From: an uncultured delta proteobacterium
Lineage (GTDB): Bacteria > Desulfobacterota > Binatia > UBA9968
Reading direction: 5' to 3'
Assembly: GCA_963771465.1 (NCBI GenBank)
Contig: CAVYTU010000006.1
Location: 1 to 64,000, forward strand
DNA: 64,000 nucleotides
Each line of letters starts with the position of its first letter. Position 1 is the first letter of the stretch. The notes beneath the pieces were generated by a model that made no database searches, was not told where the DNA came from, and worked only from the letters and a program-made list of their open reading frames with translations. The translations under genes were made by a program, and so were the position numbers. This document shows positions 38,756 to 49,503 of this stretch, piece after piece.

Positions 38756-39038
38756 GAATCAAGCCGATCGAGTGCGGGTCCAGCCGTTGATGGGCAAGGT
38801 CGGCATCAGCACCACCGCGCCAGGCTACCGCTACGCGTTGCATGTAGATGCCGGGTCGACCAGGAGCGGCTCTCGGGTTTAAGCACCAGTTATTCACCGG
38901 GTAAGCTTACGTTTTGATCCCGACTCTGATGTGTCATTGTGGTTGGTGCGACAAATTTAACACCGCCTTTACATATCAATATCCGTATGGTACAAAATCA
39001 CTCAACTAAAAACGAAAGAGAGAAGCAGAGCGGAGATT

Positions 39039-39308
39039 ATGGGAATTGCTGAACCGCAGAAAAAAAGTGTAGTCGAGCAGTTCAGAGTCCATCAGACGGA
39101 CACCGGCTCTCCCGAAGTGCAAGTTGCGCTATTAAGCCAGCGCATCGATCATCTCACCGGGCACTTCAAAGTTCATGTTAAGGATCACCATTCTCGTCGT
39201 GGCCTCCTGATGCTAGTAGGGCAAAGGAGAAGGCTTTTGGATTATTTGCGGGATAACGATTTTGCCCGCTACGAAAGCCTCATCCAACGACTTGGAATAC
39301 GTAAGTAG
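39039..39308 (+). CDS. rpsO: 30S ribosomal protein S15
   Basis: [12 protein letters not shown] and [10 protein letters not shown] motifs. Confidence 0.98.
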   Translation: MGIAEPQKKSVVEQFRVHQTDTGSPEVQVALLSQRIDHLTGHFKVHVKDHHSRRGLLMLVGQRRRLLDYLRDNDFARYESLIQRLGIRK

Positions 39309-39375
39309 TTATTCCACGCCGGCCCGCCGTTTCCACAGCTCCGTCAAACCCCCTCTTGCTACCGAGGATTGTTCT

Positions 39376-41478
39376 ATGATGAAGAAAGTCGAAATAGATT
39401 TTCATGGCAGACCCTTGTCCATCGAAGTTGGCCGGATGGCCAAACAGGCTGACGGCGCCGCGTTAGTCACGTATGGTGAGACCGTAGTTTTGGTCACCGC
39501 GGTGGCGGCCAAAGATTTAAAAATGGACATGGATTTTTTTCCCCTGACGGTGGATTACCAGGAAAAAACTTTTGCCGCCGGCAAGATTCCCGGCGGCTTT
39601 TTTAAGCGCGAGGGACGGCCGTCGGAAAAGGAAATTCTTACCTGCCGGCTGATCGACCGTTCGATTCGCCCGCTATTCGCGGATGGGCTGCGCTGTGAGA
39701 CCCAAGTGATTGCCACCGTGCTTTCAGCCGACCGGGAGAACGATCCCGATGTCGTCGCCATGTTGGGCACCTCGGTGGCGCTGCACATTTCGGACATTCC
39801 CTTCAACGGCCCGTTGGCCGGTGTGCGTATCGGTCGGATCAACGGCAAATGGGTAATGAATCCGACCCAAGACCAGCTCCAGGAGAGCGATACCGATATT
39901 TTTCTCTCCGGCAGCAAGGATGCCATCGTCATGGTCGAGGGCGGCGCGCAGATCGTCCCCGAAGCGGAGATTCTAGAAGCGCTGTTTGCCGGTCATGATG
40001 CAATCCAGCCGTTGCTGCAAATCCAAGAAGATTTGCGCCGCGAGTTCGGCAAAGCCAAGAGGCATGTGCCGTTGGCTGTGCTCGATGAAAAGATCGTCCG
40101 ACGGATCGATGACTTGGCCGCGGCCAAACTCAAGCAGGCCTTGGAAATCCCGGAAAAACTCGAACGCTACAAGCGGATCGCCGAAGTCAAAAGCGAAGTG
40201 GTACCGCAAGCGCTGGCCGAGTTCCCCGACAAGCAAAAAGATATTAAGGGCGCCTTCGAAGAGCTTAAGAAAAATGTCTTTCGCGGTCTGGTAATTCATC
40301 AGGAGCGGCGCATCGACGGGCGAGGTCTGAAAGACATTCGGCCGATCACCTGCGAGGTCGAAATTTTGCCGCGCACTCACGGCTCGGCGCTGTTTACCCG
40401 CGGCGAGACTCAGGCCTTGGTCGTTGCAACTCTAGGGACGGCTTCCGACGAGCAGCGTGTCGATGCTCTGATCGGCGAGCATTTCAAGAAATTCATGCTG
40501 CACTATAATTTCCCGCCGTTCAGCGTCGGCGAAGTTAAGTTTCTCCGCGGTCCAGGCCGGCGCGAGATCGGCCATGGTAATTTGGCTGAGCGCGCGCTGA
40601 TTCCCGTTCTGCCGATGGACGAGAGCTTTCCTTACACCATCCGTATCGTTTCAGAAATCTTGGAGTCCAACGGCTCAACCTCGATGGCGAGCGTGTGCGG
40701 TGGTTCTTTATCGCTGATGGATGCGGGTGTGCCGGTGAAAGCGCCGGTCGCCGGCATTGCGATGGGGTTGATCAAAGAAGGCGAACATGTGCGCGTGCTC
40801 TCCGATATTCTCGGCGACGAGGATCATTTAGGTGACATGGATTTCAAAGTGGCGGGGACGGCCGAAGGCGTCACGTCATTGCAAATGGACATCAAGGTCA
40901 GCGGCGTCAATCGTGAGATCATGGGCCAGGCGCTGCATCAGGCCAAGGAAGGCCGCATGCATATCCTCGGCATCATGAACCAGACGATGAGCAAGTCGCG
41001 CGCTGATGTTTCCGGCCACGCGCCGCGCATCATCACGATTCATGTCAAACCAGAAAAGATCCGCGAAATCATCGGCCCGGGTGGCAAAGTGATCCGTGGC
41101 ATCATCGAAGCGACCGGTGTCAAGATGGACGTCGAAGACGACGGCAGCGTGACCATCGCTTCGGTCGACGAAGCGGCTGCGAAGAAAGCGATCGAGATGG
41201 TTCAGGCGATCATCGCCGAAGCTGAGATCGGCAAGATTTACAAAGGCACGGTGCGTAAGATCGTCGAGTTCGGCGCCTTCGTCGAAATCATGCCGGGCAC
41301 CGACGGCTTGGTGCATATATCTCAACTCGCGCCCGGGCGCGTGAACAAAGTGACCGACGTGCTTAAAGAGGGCGATGAGGTGATGGTTAAAGTTCTTGAA
41401 ATCGACAGGCAGGGCAAGATTCGCTTGAGCCGCAAGGAAGCGCTGCAAGAAGCCAGCGGCGGTTCGGACGCGCTCTAA
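39376..41478 (+). CDS. pnp: Polyribonucleotide nucleotidyltransferase
   Basis: [32 protein letters not shown] and [12 protein letters not shown] motifs, plus KH and S1 domains. Confidence 0.98.
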   Translation: MMKKVEIDFHGRPLSIEVGRMAKQADGAALVTYGETVVLVTAVAAKDLKMDMDFFPLTVDYQEKTFAAGKIPGGFFKREGRPSEKEILTCRLIDRSIRPLFADGLRCETQVIATVLSADRENDPDVVAMLGTSVALHISDIPFNGPLAGVRIGRINGKWVMNPTQDQLQESDTDIFLSGSKDAIVMVEGGAQIVPEAEILEALFAGHDAIQPLLQIQEDLRREFGKAKRHVPLAVLDEKIVRRIDDLAAAKLKQALEIPEKLERYKRIAEVKSEVVPQALAEFPDKQKDIKGAFEELKKNVFRGLVIHQERRIDGRGLKDIRPITCEVEILPRTHGSALFTRGETQALVVATLGTASDEQRVDALIGEHFKKFMLHYNFPPFSVGEVKFLRGPGRREIGHGNLAERALIPVLPMDESFPYTIRIVSEILESNGSTSMASVCGGSLSLMDAGVPVKAPVAGIAMGLIKEGEHVRVLSDILGDEDHLGDMDFKVAGTAEGVTSLQMDIKVSGVNREIMGQALHQAKEGRMHILGIMNQTMSKSRADVSGHAPRIITIHVKPEKIREIIGPGGKVIRGIIEATGVKMDVEDDGSVTIASVDEAAAKKAIEMVQAIIAEAEIGKIYKGTVRKIVEFGAFVEIMPGTDGLVHISQLAPGRVNKVTDVLKEGDEVMVKVLEIDRQGKIRLSRKEALQEASGGSDAL

Positions 41479-41504
41479 GCGTAATTGCGCAAGTTAGCGA
41501 TTCC

Positions 41505-42779
41505 ATGTTCGCCAAGACTGTCCTCGATAACGGCATTCGCGTCGTCTCCAATGAGATGCATGATCATCGTTCGGTGAGTCTCGGCATCTGGGTGGAAAAC
41601 GGCTCGCGTCACGAAAGCGCGCCGCAAAACGGCATCTCTCACTTCATCGAGCATTTGCTCTTCAAAGGCACCGAGCGGCGCAGCGCCGCGCAGATCGCCG
41701 AGGAAATGGATGCCGTCGGCGGCGTCCTCAACGCCTTCACTTCGAAAGAGCAAACCTGCTACTATGCCAAAGTTCTCGACGAAAACTTGCCCCTGGCCAT
41801 CGATTTATTAACCGATATTTTTCTCCATTCGAGTTTCGATGCCGACGAGATCGAGCGCGAGCGTTCGGTGATTCTCCAAGAGATGTCGCAGTCCGAAGAC
41901 ACGCCGGATGATTACGTCCACGATTTGTTCAGCCTGGATTTCTTCAAGGATCATCCGATCGGCCGGCCGATCTGCGGCCGCCAGGAAACCGTCAACCGCT
42001 TTCAGCGCAGTGATTTTGTCGATTTCTTTAAAACCCGCTACCGCCCGAGCCGCGTAATCGTCGCCGCGGCGGGAAACTTTCGCCACGATCATCTGGTCGC
42101 GGAGATGACGACACGCTTGGGTATGGTCGGCGACGGCAGCGAACCGATCGCGGCGCTCCTCGACGGCGAGCGCAAGCCGACGATGGCGAGCGGCGTCTAT
42201 CCCCACTCCAAAGAACTCGAACAGGCTCACCTCTGCTTGGGTATGGCGGGTGTCGCCCAGGCCGACCCGCGGCGCTATCCGGCTTATGTGCTGAACACAT
42301 TGCTCGGCGGCGGTATGAGCTCTCGTTTGTTCCAGGAGATTCGTGAAAAGCGCGGCAAGGCGTATTCAGTCTATTCTTTTTCATCGTCGTACAAGGATGT
42401 GGGTTATCTCGGCGTGTACGCCGGCACGAGCATCGAGTCGGCGGAAGAAGTGGTCGATCTGGTGGTCAAGGAATTGCGCAAATTGGCGGCGGGCGAAATC
42501 ACGGACGAAGAACTTGTGCGTACGCGCGGCCAGCTGGTCGGCGGCATGATGCTCGGCCTGGAGTCGACGGACTCATGGATGAGCCATATCGCGCGCAATG
42601 AGATTTACTTCGGCAAGACAGTCACCACCGAGGAGATCTGCCAGCGCATTCGCGCCGTCTCGCGCGACGATGTGATTCAATTGGCGGATAGCTTGTTTCA
42701 TCCTGAAGAGATGACTTTGACGTTGTTGGGCGACTTCGCCGACGACTTTAAGCTCAAGAGCCTCGCATCCAGTCATTGA
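41505..42779 (+). CDS. M16 family zinc peptidase
   Basis: HFIEHLLFKGT (HxxEH) and LGGGMSSRLFQEIREKRG motifs; conserved position after pnp. Confidence 0.93.
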   Translation: MFAKTVLDNGIRVVSNEMHDHRSVSLGIWVENGSRHESAPQNGISHFIEHLLFKGTERRSAAQIAEEMDAVGGVLNAFTSKEQTCYYAKVLDENLPLAIDLLTDIFLHSSFDADEIERERSVILQEMSQSEDTPDDYVHDLFSLDFFKDHPIGRPICGRQETVNRFQRSDFVDFFKTRYRPSRVIVAAAGNFRHDHLVAEMTTRLGMVGDGSEPIAALLDGERKPTMASGVYPHSKELEQAHLCLGMAGVAQADPRRYPAYVLNTLLGGGMSSRLFQEIREKRGKAYSVYSFSSSYKDVGYLGVYAGTSIESAEEVVDLVVKELRKLAAGEITDEELVRTRGQLVGGMMLGLESTDSWMSHIARNEIYFGKTVTTEEICQRIRAVSRDDVIQLADSLFHPEEMTLTLLGDFADDFKLKSLASSH

Positions 42780-42815
42780 CCTTCGCCGCCGTCAAGCTTC
42801 TTTGTCGGATCGTCA

Positions 42816-43271
42816 GTGGAAGAGTTACGCGTTCAAATCAAAAGGCTGCGTCCCGGCTCGGCGTCCTTCGATTTACCCGCTTATATGACGGAGGGGGCGG
42901 CGGGCATGGATTTGTGCGCCGATATCGATGGCGAGCTGCAATTGGCGCCGATGGCGCGGGCGTTGATTCCAACCGGCATCGCGATCGCGCTGCCGATCGG
43001 TTTCGAAGCGCAGATTCGCCCGCGCAGCGGTCTGGCTTTGAAGCAAGGTTTTACCCTGGTTAACACTCCCGGCACCATCGATTCGGACTATCGCGGTGAG
43101 ATTCAGATCATCGCGATCAATCTCGGCGCCGAGCCGGTCGTTATCGAGCGCGGTCAGCGCATCGCCCAGATGGTGTTGCAGCGGGTGGTTCGCGCGCGCT
43201 GGCATGAAGTTGAAGAGTTGCCGAACTCGATGCGCCAGGACGGCGGTTTTGGCCACACGGATAAAAAATAA
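42816..43271 (+). CDS. dut: dUTP diphosphatase
   Basis: [26 protein letters not shown] and GGFGHT motifs. Confidence 0.97.
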   Translation: MEELRVQIKRLRPGSASFDLPAYMTEGAAGMDLCADIDGELQLAPMARALIPTGIAIALPIGFEAQIRPRSGLALKQGFTLVNTPGTIDSDYRGEIQIIAINLGAEPVVIERGQRIAQMVLQRVVRARWHEVEELPNSMRQDGGFGHTDKK

Positions 43272-43279
43272 CTTTAATA

Positions 43280-43360
43280 GTTCAAGGTTCACGCGTTCGA
43301 TGAAAAGAGCAAATTTTGGGGCAATCCTTATTTGAACCTTGATCGCTTGAACATTTAAAC
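43280..43360. repeat. Inverted pair of GTTCAAR heptamer tracts
   Basis: gttcaag gttcacg cgttcga ... ttgaacc ttgatcg cttgaac atttaaac. Confidence 0.65.
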
Positions 43361-43382
43361 GCTCATAGGGCATCATCGAAGC

Positions 43383-44675
43383 ATGATTCAACGTTACACT
43401 CGGCCGGAGATGGGCCGCATCTGGTCCGAGGAAAATAGTTTTCAAAAGTGGCTCGACGTCGAGATCCTCGCGGCTGAAGGTTTGGCTCGACTCGGTAAAG
43501 TGCCCAAGGCGGCCATCGCGCGCATTCGCAAAAAAGCGCGTTTCGACGTGAAGCGTATTCGTGCCATCGAAGCCGAGGTCAAGCATGAGATCATCGCGTT
43601 CCTAAGCTCGGTGGCGGAATTCATCGGCGACGATGCGCGCTACTTGCACGTCGGCATGACCTCCTCCGATGTGATGGACACGGCGTTGGCGATTCAATTT
43701 AAAGAAGCCTCGGCGATCATCGAACAGGATATCAAAAACCTGATGAAGGCGCTGCGCAGCCAGGCGCGCAAGTACAAATGGACCGTGCAGATCGGCCGCA
43801 CCCATGGAGTCCACGCTGAGCCGATCACTTTCGGCTTGAAGCTGGCGCTCTGGTATCAAGAGATGGCACGCCATTTGTCGCGCTTCAAAAATGCCGTCGA
43901 CGACATTTGCGTCGGCCAGATTTCCGGCGCGGTGGGCACCTTCGCGCAAATCTCGCCCAAAGTCGAAGCCTATGTGTGCCGCAAGGCCGGTCTCAAGCCG
44001 GCGCTGGTGTCCAATCAGATCATTCAGCGCGATCGCCACGCTTATTATTTCGCGACGCTGGCGATCATCGCCAGTTCGTTGGAAAAGTTCGCCGTCGAAG
44101 TGCGCCACTTGCAGCGCACCGAAGTCCAAGAAGCCGAAGAGCCGTTTACTGCCGGGCAGAAGGGTTCCTCAGCGATGCCGCACAAGCGCAATCCAATTCT
44201 ATCCGAAAACGTTTCCGGTTTGGCGCGGCTAATGCGCGCTTACGCCATGGCCGCCATGGAAAACGTGCCGCTCTGGCACGAGCGCGATATCAGCCATTCC
44301 TCCGTCGAACGCGTGATCGCGCCGGACGCGACCATCGCGTTAGATTTCATGCTGCGGCGCATGACCTATGTGCTCGGCAATCTCTGCGTCTATCCGGAAA
44401 ATATGCAGCGCAATCTGGAAAAAAGCGGCGGCACGGTATTCTCGGAAAAGGTTTTGCTCGCATTGGTCGGCAAAGGCATCGCCCGCGACATCGCTTACCG
44501 CATGGTGCAGCGCCACGCTCTGAAGGTCGGCAAAGAGGGCGGCGATATGAAACGGGAGTTGCTTGCGGACGGCGAAATCCGCCGTTACCTCGCGCCCAAG
44601 GAGATCGAAGCGATCTGGGGCGTGCGGCACCATTTAACCAACGTCGACTTTATCTTTCGGCGCGCGTTTCAATAA
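43383..44675 (+). CDS. purB: Adenylosuccinate lyase
   Basis: TSSDVMDT, GRTHGVHAEP, GSSAMPHKRNP and LWHERDISHSSVER motifs. Confidence 0.97.
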   Translation: MIQRYTRPEMGRIWSEENSFQKWLDVEILAAEGLARLGKVPKAAIARIRKKARFDVKRIRAIEAEVKHEIIAFLSSVAEFIGDDARYLHVGMTSSDVMDTALAIQFKEASAIIEQDIKNLMKALRSQARKYKWTVQIGRTHGVHAEPITFGLKLALWYQEMARHLSRFKNAVDDICVGQISGAVGTFAQISPKVEAYVCRKAGLKPALVSNQIIQRDRHAYYFATLAIIASSLEKFAVEVRHLQRTEVQEAEEPFTAGQKGSSAMPHKRNPILSENVSGLARLMRAYAMAAMENVPLWHERDISHSSVERVIAPDATIALDFMLRRMTYVLGNLCVYPENMQRNLEKSGGTVFSEKVLLALVGKGIARDIAYRMVQRHALKVGKEGGDMKRELLADGEIRRYLAPKEIEAIWGVRHHLTNVDFIFRRAFQ

Positions 44676-44702
44676 CGTTGCGTTGAAGAAAGCTTGTACA
44701 TT

Positions 44703-44948
44703 ATGCGCGTGAAGATTTTTGTCTCGCTCAAAACCGGTGTGCTCGACCCGCAGGGTAAGGCGATCGAGCGCTCGCTGCACACGCTCGGTTACGGCGAAGT
44801 GCAAGATGTCCGCGTCGGCAAGTATCTTGAAGTCAACCTCGAAGCGCCGTCGCGCGCGGCGGCCGAGCTTCGTATCCGTGAAATGTGTGATAAACTAATA
44901 GCCAACACGGTGATCGAAGACTATCGATTTGAAATCAGTCCCGAATAA
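44703..44948 (+). CDS. purS: FGAM synthase subunit PurS
   Basis: VLDPQG, VRVGK and LIANTVIEDY motifs. Confidence 0.96.
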   Translation: MRVKIFVSLKTGVLDPQGKAIERSLHTLGYGEVQDVRVGKYLEVNLEAPSRAAAELRIREMCDKLIANTVIEDYRFEISPE

Positions 44949-44950
44949 GC

Positions 44951-45017
44951 AGTCCTGAGTGATGAGTTCCGAGTCCTAGGAGAGACAACTTTCCCGTCTC
45001 AGCACTGGTTACCCAGC
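44951..45017. repeat. AGTSCTG-type heptamer tract with inverted copy
   Basis: agtcctg agtgatg agttccg agtccta ... ctcagcact; same family as 4451..4480. Confidence 0.65.
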
Positions 45018-45031
45018 TTCTATAATTAATT

Positions 45032-45742
45032 ATGCGTTGGGGTGTGATCACTTTTCCCGGTTCGTGCGACGATCAGGACGTCGTTGACAGTCTCAAGGCG
45101 GATTTGGGCCAGACGGTCCGATCGCTTTGGCACAAGGACGAGTTTCGCGGCGACTTCGATTGCATCGTTTTGCCGGGTGGATTTTCTTACGGCGATTATC
45201 TTCGTTGCGGCGCGATGGCGCGCTTTTCGCCGATCATGCGCGGCGTGGTGCAGTTCGCCGAGAGCGGCGGGCTGGTGCTCGGGATTTGCAACGGCTTTCA
45301 GATCCTTTGCGAATCGGGACTGTTGCCCGGCGCGCTGGTGCGCAACGCCGGCTTACAATTCGTTTGTCAGCCGGTGCATCTACGCGTCGAAGAAACCGAC
45401 ACGCCGTTTACCAGCGGTATGAAAAAAGGCCAGCTCCTGCAGATTCCGGTGAAACACGGCGAAGGTTGCTATTTTGCCGATGCCGAAACGCTGGAACGCT
45501 TGCGCAAGAACCGGCAAATCCTGCTGCGCTACGTCGATGCCAAGGGCAAACCGACGCCAGCCGCCAATCCCAACGGCTCGCTCGACGGTATCGCCGGTAT
45601 TTGTAATGAAAAGCGCAATGTCTTCGGTCTCATGCCGCATCCCGAAGATGCCTGTAACAAACTGCTTGGCAGCGACGACGGCGCGAAACTATTCGGCTCC
45701 ATCGCGGCGGCTTTTAGTGAGAAGGCCAAGCCACGTGGCTGA
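45032..45742 (+). CDS. purQ: FGAM synthase glutaminase subunit PurQ
   Basis: [27 protein letters not shown] and MPHPE motifs. Confidence 0.97.
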   Translation: MRWGVITFPGSCDDQDVVDSLKADLGQTVRSLWHKDEFRGDFDCIVLPGGFSYGDYLRCGAMARFSPIMRGVVQFAESGGLVLGICNGFQILCESGLLPGALVRNAGLQFVCQPVHLRVEETDTPFTSGMKKGQLLQIPVKHGEGCYFADAETLERLRKNRQILLRYVDAKGKPTPAANPNGSLDGIAGICNEKRNVFGLMPHPEDACNKLLGSDDGAKLFGSIAAAFSEKAKPRG

Positions 45743-47969
45743 GGCGCCGAGCAAAAAATTAGTTCAGCCCGCGGTGACGCCTGACTTGGTCGCCGGCCAT
45801 GGCATTACGCCGGAAGAGTATAAAAAAATAGTTAACATCCTCGGCCGTGAACCGAATTTCACCGAGCTCGGCGTGTTTTCCGTCATGTGGTCTGAGCACT
45901 GTAGCTATAAGAGCTCGCGCTATTATTTAAAAAATTTGCCGACCGAAGGGCCCTATGTGCTGCAAGGGCCCGGCGAGAATGCCGGTGTCGTCGACATCGG
46001 CGGCGGCTTGGCGGTGGCTTTTAAAATGGAAAGTCACAACCATCCGTCGTTCATCGAGCCGTATCAAGGCGCAGCCACCGGCGTCGGCGGCATACTGCGC
46101 GATATTTTCACCATGGGCGCACGGCCCATCGCGTCGCTCAATTCGCTGCGTTTCGGCAGCATCGATCATCCACGCACGCGTTATCTGGTTGCCGGCGTGG
46201 TCGCCGGCATCGGCGGCTATGGCAACTGTATCGGTGTGCCCACCGTCGGCGGCGAGTGTTCCTTCGACGAGTGCTACAACGCCAATATTCTAGTCAACGC
46301 TTTCACCCTCGGCCTGGTCAAGAAAAATAAAATTTTCACCGGCATCGCCAAGGGCGTCGGCAATTCCGTTATGTACGTCGGCTCCAAAACCGGACGCGAC
46401 GGTATTCATGGTGCGACCATGGCATCGGCATCGTTCTCGGAAGCGAAGGAACAGCGCCGGCCGACCGTACAGGTTGGCGATCCCTTCACCGAGAAACTAC
46501 TTTTGGAAGCTTGTTTGGAGCTATTCGAGCAAGACTACATCGTCGGCATCCAAGATATGGGCGCCGCCGGTCTCACCAGTTCGTCGGCGGAAATGGCCGG
46601 GCGTGGCGGATCGGGCGTCGAGCTCGATCTCTCTGCGGTGCCCGTGCGTGAGACCGGCATGACGCCCTACGAAATCCTGCTTTCGGAATCCCAGGAGCGC
46701 ATGCTGTTGGTTGCCAAGCGAGGCTGCGAAGGCGAGATCAAAAAGATTTTCGATAAGTGGGATCTCGATGCGGTGGTGGTTGGAAAAGTGACCAACGATC
46801 AACAGTTTCGTACTTTATGGCACGGCGAAGAGGTGGCACGTGTGCCGATCGGCGCGCTCACCAAGGAAGCGCCGGCATACCGGCGGCCTGCCGCTCGGCC
46901 AGCCGAACAGGATCATATCCAGCAACTCGATCCGGCGACGATCGCTGAACCGAAGGATTTGGCCACGGTATTCAAACAGATATTAGCCGCGCCCAATATC
47001 GCGTCGAAGGAATGGCTCTATCGCCAGTACGATCAGTTCGTGCGTAGCAACACCGTCGTCGCCTCGGGCGCGGACGCCGCCGTGATCCGGGTCAAGGGAA
47101 CCGACAAAGCGTTGGCGCTCACGGTCGACGGCAACAGCCGCTACTGCTACTTGGATCCCTACGTCGGCGGCGTGCTAGCGGTTGCCGAAGCGGCGCGCAA
47201 TCTTGCCTGTGTCGGCGCCCGGCCCATCGGTTTGACCGATTGTTTGAATTTTGGCAGCCCGGAAAATCCCACGGTCATGTGGCAGTTCGCCGAGGTGATC
47301 CAAGGCATGCGCGATGCTTGCATCGCCCTCAACGTTCCCGTGGTGAGCGGCAACGTCAGTTTTTATAACGAGACCGACGGCGTGCCGATTCATCCGACGC
47401 CAACCATCGGTATGGTCGGCCTGCTCGAAAAAGTTACTCGGGTGGTGACGCCGTGGTTTAAAAGCGCCGGCGACGTGGTCGTGTTGCTGGGCCGGACGCG
47501 CGACGAGTTGGGCGGCAGCGAGTATCTCAAATTGATTCATGGGTTCAGCCGCGGCACGCCGCCGTGGATCGATTTGCAACTCGAGTTGGCGGTGCAGAAC
47601 TGTTGTCTCGACGCGATCGATGAGGAAATACTTCAGTCCGCCCATGATGTGAGCGACGGCGGCTTAGCCGTGGCTTTGGCTGAATGCTCAATCGGCGGAC
47701 CGGAAAAGCCTTTGGGCGTGCGCATCGAGACCCGCGAGATGATTCGCGGCGATGCCTTGCTGTTCAGCGAGTCGCAGTCGCGCATCGTGGTTTCGCTCAG
47801 GGAGCAAAATCTAGAGCGTTTGAAAGCAATCGCCGAGCGCCATCGTGTGCCGATGCAAACCATCGGCGCCGTGGGCGGCGCGCGCTTTACCATCCAGCCG
47901 CTGGTGCAAATGGCAGTGGAAGAACTGAAGGCAATCTGGTCTAATGGCTTGACGGCACGGCTCAAGTAG
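45735..47969 (+). CDS. purL: FGAM synthase subunit PurL (small form)
   Basis: [41 protein letters not shown] and HDVSDGG motifs; GTG start overlapping purQ. Confidence 0.96.
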   Translation: MAEAPSKKLVQPAVTPDLVAGHGITPEEYKKIVNILGREPNFTELGVFSVMWSEHCSYKSSRYYLKNLPTEGPYVLQGPGENAGVVDIGGGLAVAFKMESHNHPSFIEPYQGAATGVGGILRDIFTMGARPIASLNSLRFGSIDHPRTRYLVAGVVAGIGGYGNCIGVPTVGGECSFDECYNANILVNAFTLGLVKKNKIFTGIAKGVGNSVMYVGSKTGRDGIHGATMASASFSEAKEQRRPTVQVGDPFTEKLLLEACLELFEQDYIVGIQDMGAAGLTSSSAEMAGRGGSGVELDLSAVPVRETGMTPYEILLSESQERMLLVAKRGCEGEIKKIFDKWDLDAVVVGKVTNDQQFRTLWHGEEVARVPIGALTKEAPAYRRPAARPAEQDHIQQLDPATIAEPKDLATVFKQILAAPNIASKEWLYRQYDQFVRSNTVVASGADAAVIRVKGTDKALALTVDGNSRYCYLDPYVGGVLAVAEAARNLACVGARPIGLTDCLNFGSPENPTVMWQFAEVIQGMRDACIALNVPVVSGNVSFYNETDGVPIHPTPTIGMVGLLEKVTRVVTPWFKSAGDVVVLLGRTRDELGGSEYLKLIHGFSRGTPPWIDLQLELAVQNCCLDAIDEEILQSAHDVSDGGLAVALAECSIGGPEKPLGVRIETREMIRGDALLFSESQSRIVVSLREQNLERLKAIAERHRVPMQTIGAVGGARFTIQPLVQMAVEELKAIWSNGLTARLK

Positions 47970-48035
47970 TTTTGGCGAAAACTTCAATCGCCCAAGGTTC
48001 AACCGGATGACGACGTTGTTTGGGTTGCATTGACG

Positions 48036-49460
48036 ATGGCGGATAAATTCCACGACGAGTGCGCGGTGATGGGCGTGTATGGCCACCCCGAAGCGGCCAA
48101 CATGGTTTACCTCGGGCTGTATGCTCTGCAGCACCGGGGTCAAGAATCTTGCGGTATCGTCACATCGGACGGCAAAGGGCTGACTTCCCATCGCCAGATG
48201 GGTTTGGTCGCCGACGCCTTCAAGGAAGACGTTATCAAACGGCTCGAAGGCGCCAGCGCCATCGGCCACAACCGTTACTCGACCACGGGCCAGAGCCATC
48301 TCAAGAACGCCCAACCCTTCGTGGTCGAATATTCCCAAGGTCCGATCGCGATTTCGCATAACGGCAATCTGGTGAACGGCGCGCTGTTGCGCGACGAGCT
48401 GGAAAAATCGGGTTCGATCTTCCAATCGACCACCGATACCGAGGTGATCGTCCATCTGATCGCCACGTCGAGAGGATCGACATCGATGGGCCGGATCATC
48501 GAAGCGCTGTCGCGCTGTCGCGGCGCTTACTCGCTGCTCTTTTTGACCTTGGACAAGTTGATCGCGGCGCGCGATCCCTACGGTTTTCGCCCTTTAGTCT
48601 TGGGAAAATTTCCCGAGGGCAAAAATCGCGGCGCTTATGTTTTCGCGTCGGAAACCTGCGCGTTGGATTTGATCGAGGCGGAATTCGTCCGCGACGTCGA
48701 GCCGGGTGAGATCATTTCCGTTGGTCCAGACGGTTTGGAATCGCTTAAACCTTTTCCACCGTCGCCCCATGCCAAGTGCATCTTCGAATATATTTATTTT
48801 GCCCGGCCCGACAGCAAGCTGTTTGGTCATAACGTTTACCAAGTGCGCAAGGCGTTGGGACGGCAGTTGGCGCGGGAAAGCCCCGTCGATGCCGATCTGG
48901 TAACGCCGGTGCCGGACTCGGGCGTGCCGGCGGCGATGGGCTATAGCGAAGAGTCGAAAATTCCCCTCGAGTTCGGCTTGATCCGCAATCACTACGTCGG
49001 TCGGACTTTCATCGAGCCGCAGCAGACGATTCGCAACTTCGGCGTTAAAATCAAGCTCAACGCCCAGCGCGATGTTTTAAAAGGTAAGCGCGTCATCGTC
49101 GTCGACGACTCGATCGTGCGCGGTACGACGAGCCGAAAAATCATCCGCATGCTGCGCGACGCCGGCGCCACCGAAGTGCACCTGCGCGTCAGCTCGCCGG
49201 CGACGATCGGTCCATGTTACTACGGCATCGACACGCCGACGCGCACCGAATTGATCGCCGCGAACAACTCGACGGAAGAAATTCGCCGCTACGTCGAAGC
49301 CGACACGCTGGCGTATCTATCCAACGACGGCATGTACGCTTACTTCGACGGCAAAAAACAAGGTTTTTGCGACGCCTGCTTCACCGGCAACTATCCAGTC
49401 CACTTCGAAGACGAAGGGCACACCCGCCAGCTGCATCTTTTTGACGCCGTTAGCCGATGA
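48036..49460 (+). CDS. purF: Amidophosphoribosyltransferase
   Basis: HDEC propeptide site, LQHRGQE, GHNRYST, CIFEYIYF, VDDSIVRGTT and CDACF motifs. Confidence 0.97.
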   Translation: MADKFHDECAVMGVYGHPEAANMVYLGLYALQHRGQESCGIVTSDGKGLTSHRQMGLVADAFKEDVIKRLEGASAIGHNRYSTTGQSHLKNAQPFVVEYSQGPIAISHNGNLVNGALLRDELEKSGSIFQSTTDTEVIVHLIATSRGSTSMGRIIEALSRCRGAYSLLFLTLDKLIAARDPYGFRPLVLGKFPEGKNRGAYVFASETCALDLIEAEFVRDVEPGEIISVGPDGLESLKPFPPSPHAKCIFEYIYFARPDSKLFGHNVYQVRKALGRQLARESPVDADLVTPVPDSGVPAAMGYSEESKIPLEFGLIRNHYVGRTFIEPQQTIRNFGVKIKLNAQRDVLKGKRVIVVDDSIVRGTTSRKIIRMLRDAGATEVHLRVSSPATIGPCYYGIDTPTRTELIAANNSTEEIRRYVEADTLAYLSNDGMYAYFDGKKQGFCDACFTGNYPVHFEDEGHTRQLHLFDAVSR

Positions 49461-49503
49461 GATTTTTCGAATTGTTCTTTGCGGCTCGCTCCGTTCCACT
49501 CCA

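Noticed and set aside
45032-45090. PurQ variant FPGSCDD instead of FPGSNCD
   Set aside because: The catalytic Cys-His-Glu triad is intact; treated as ordinary variation.
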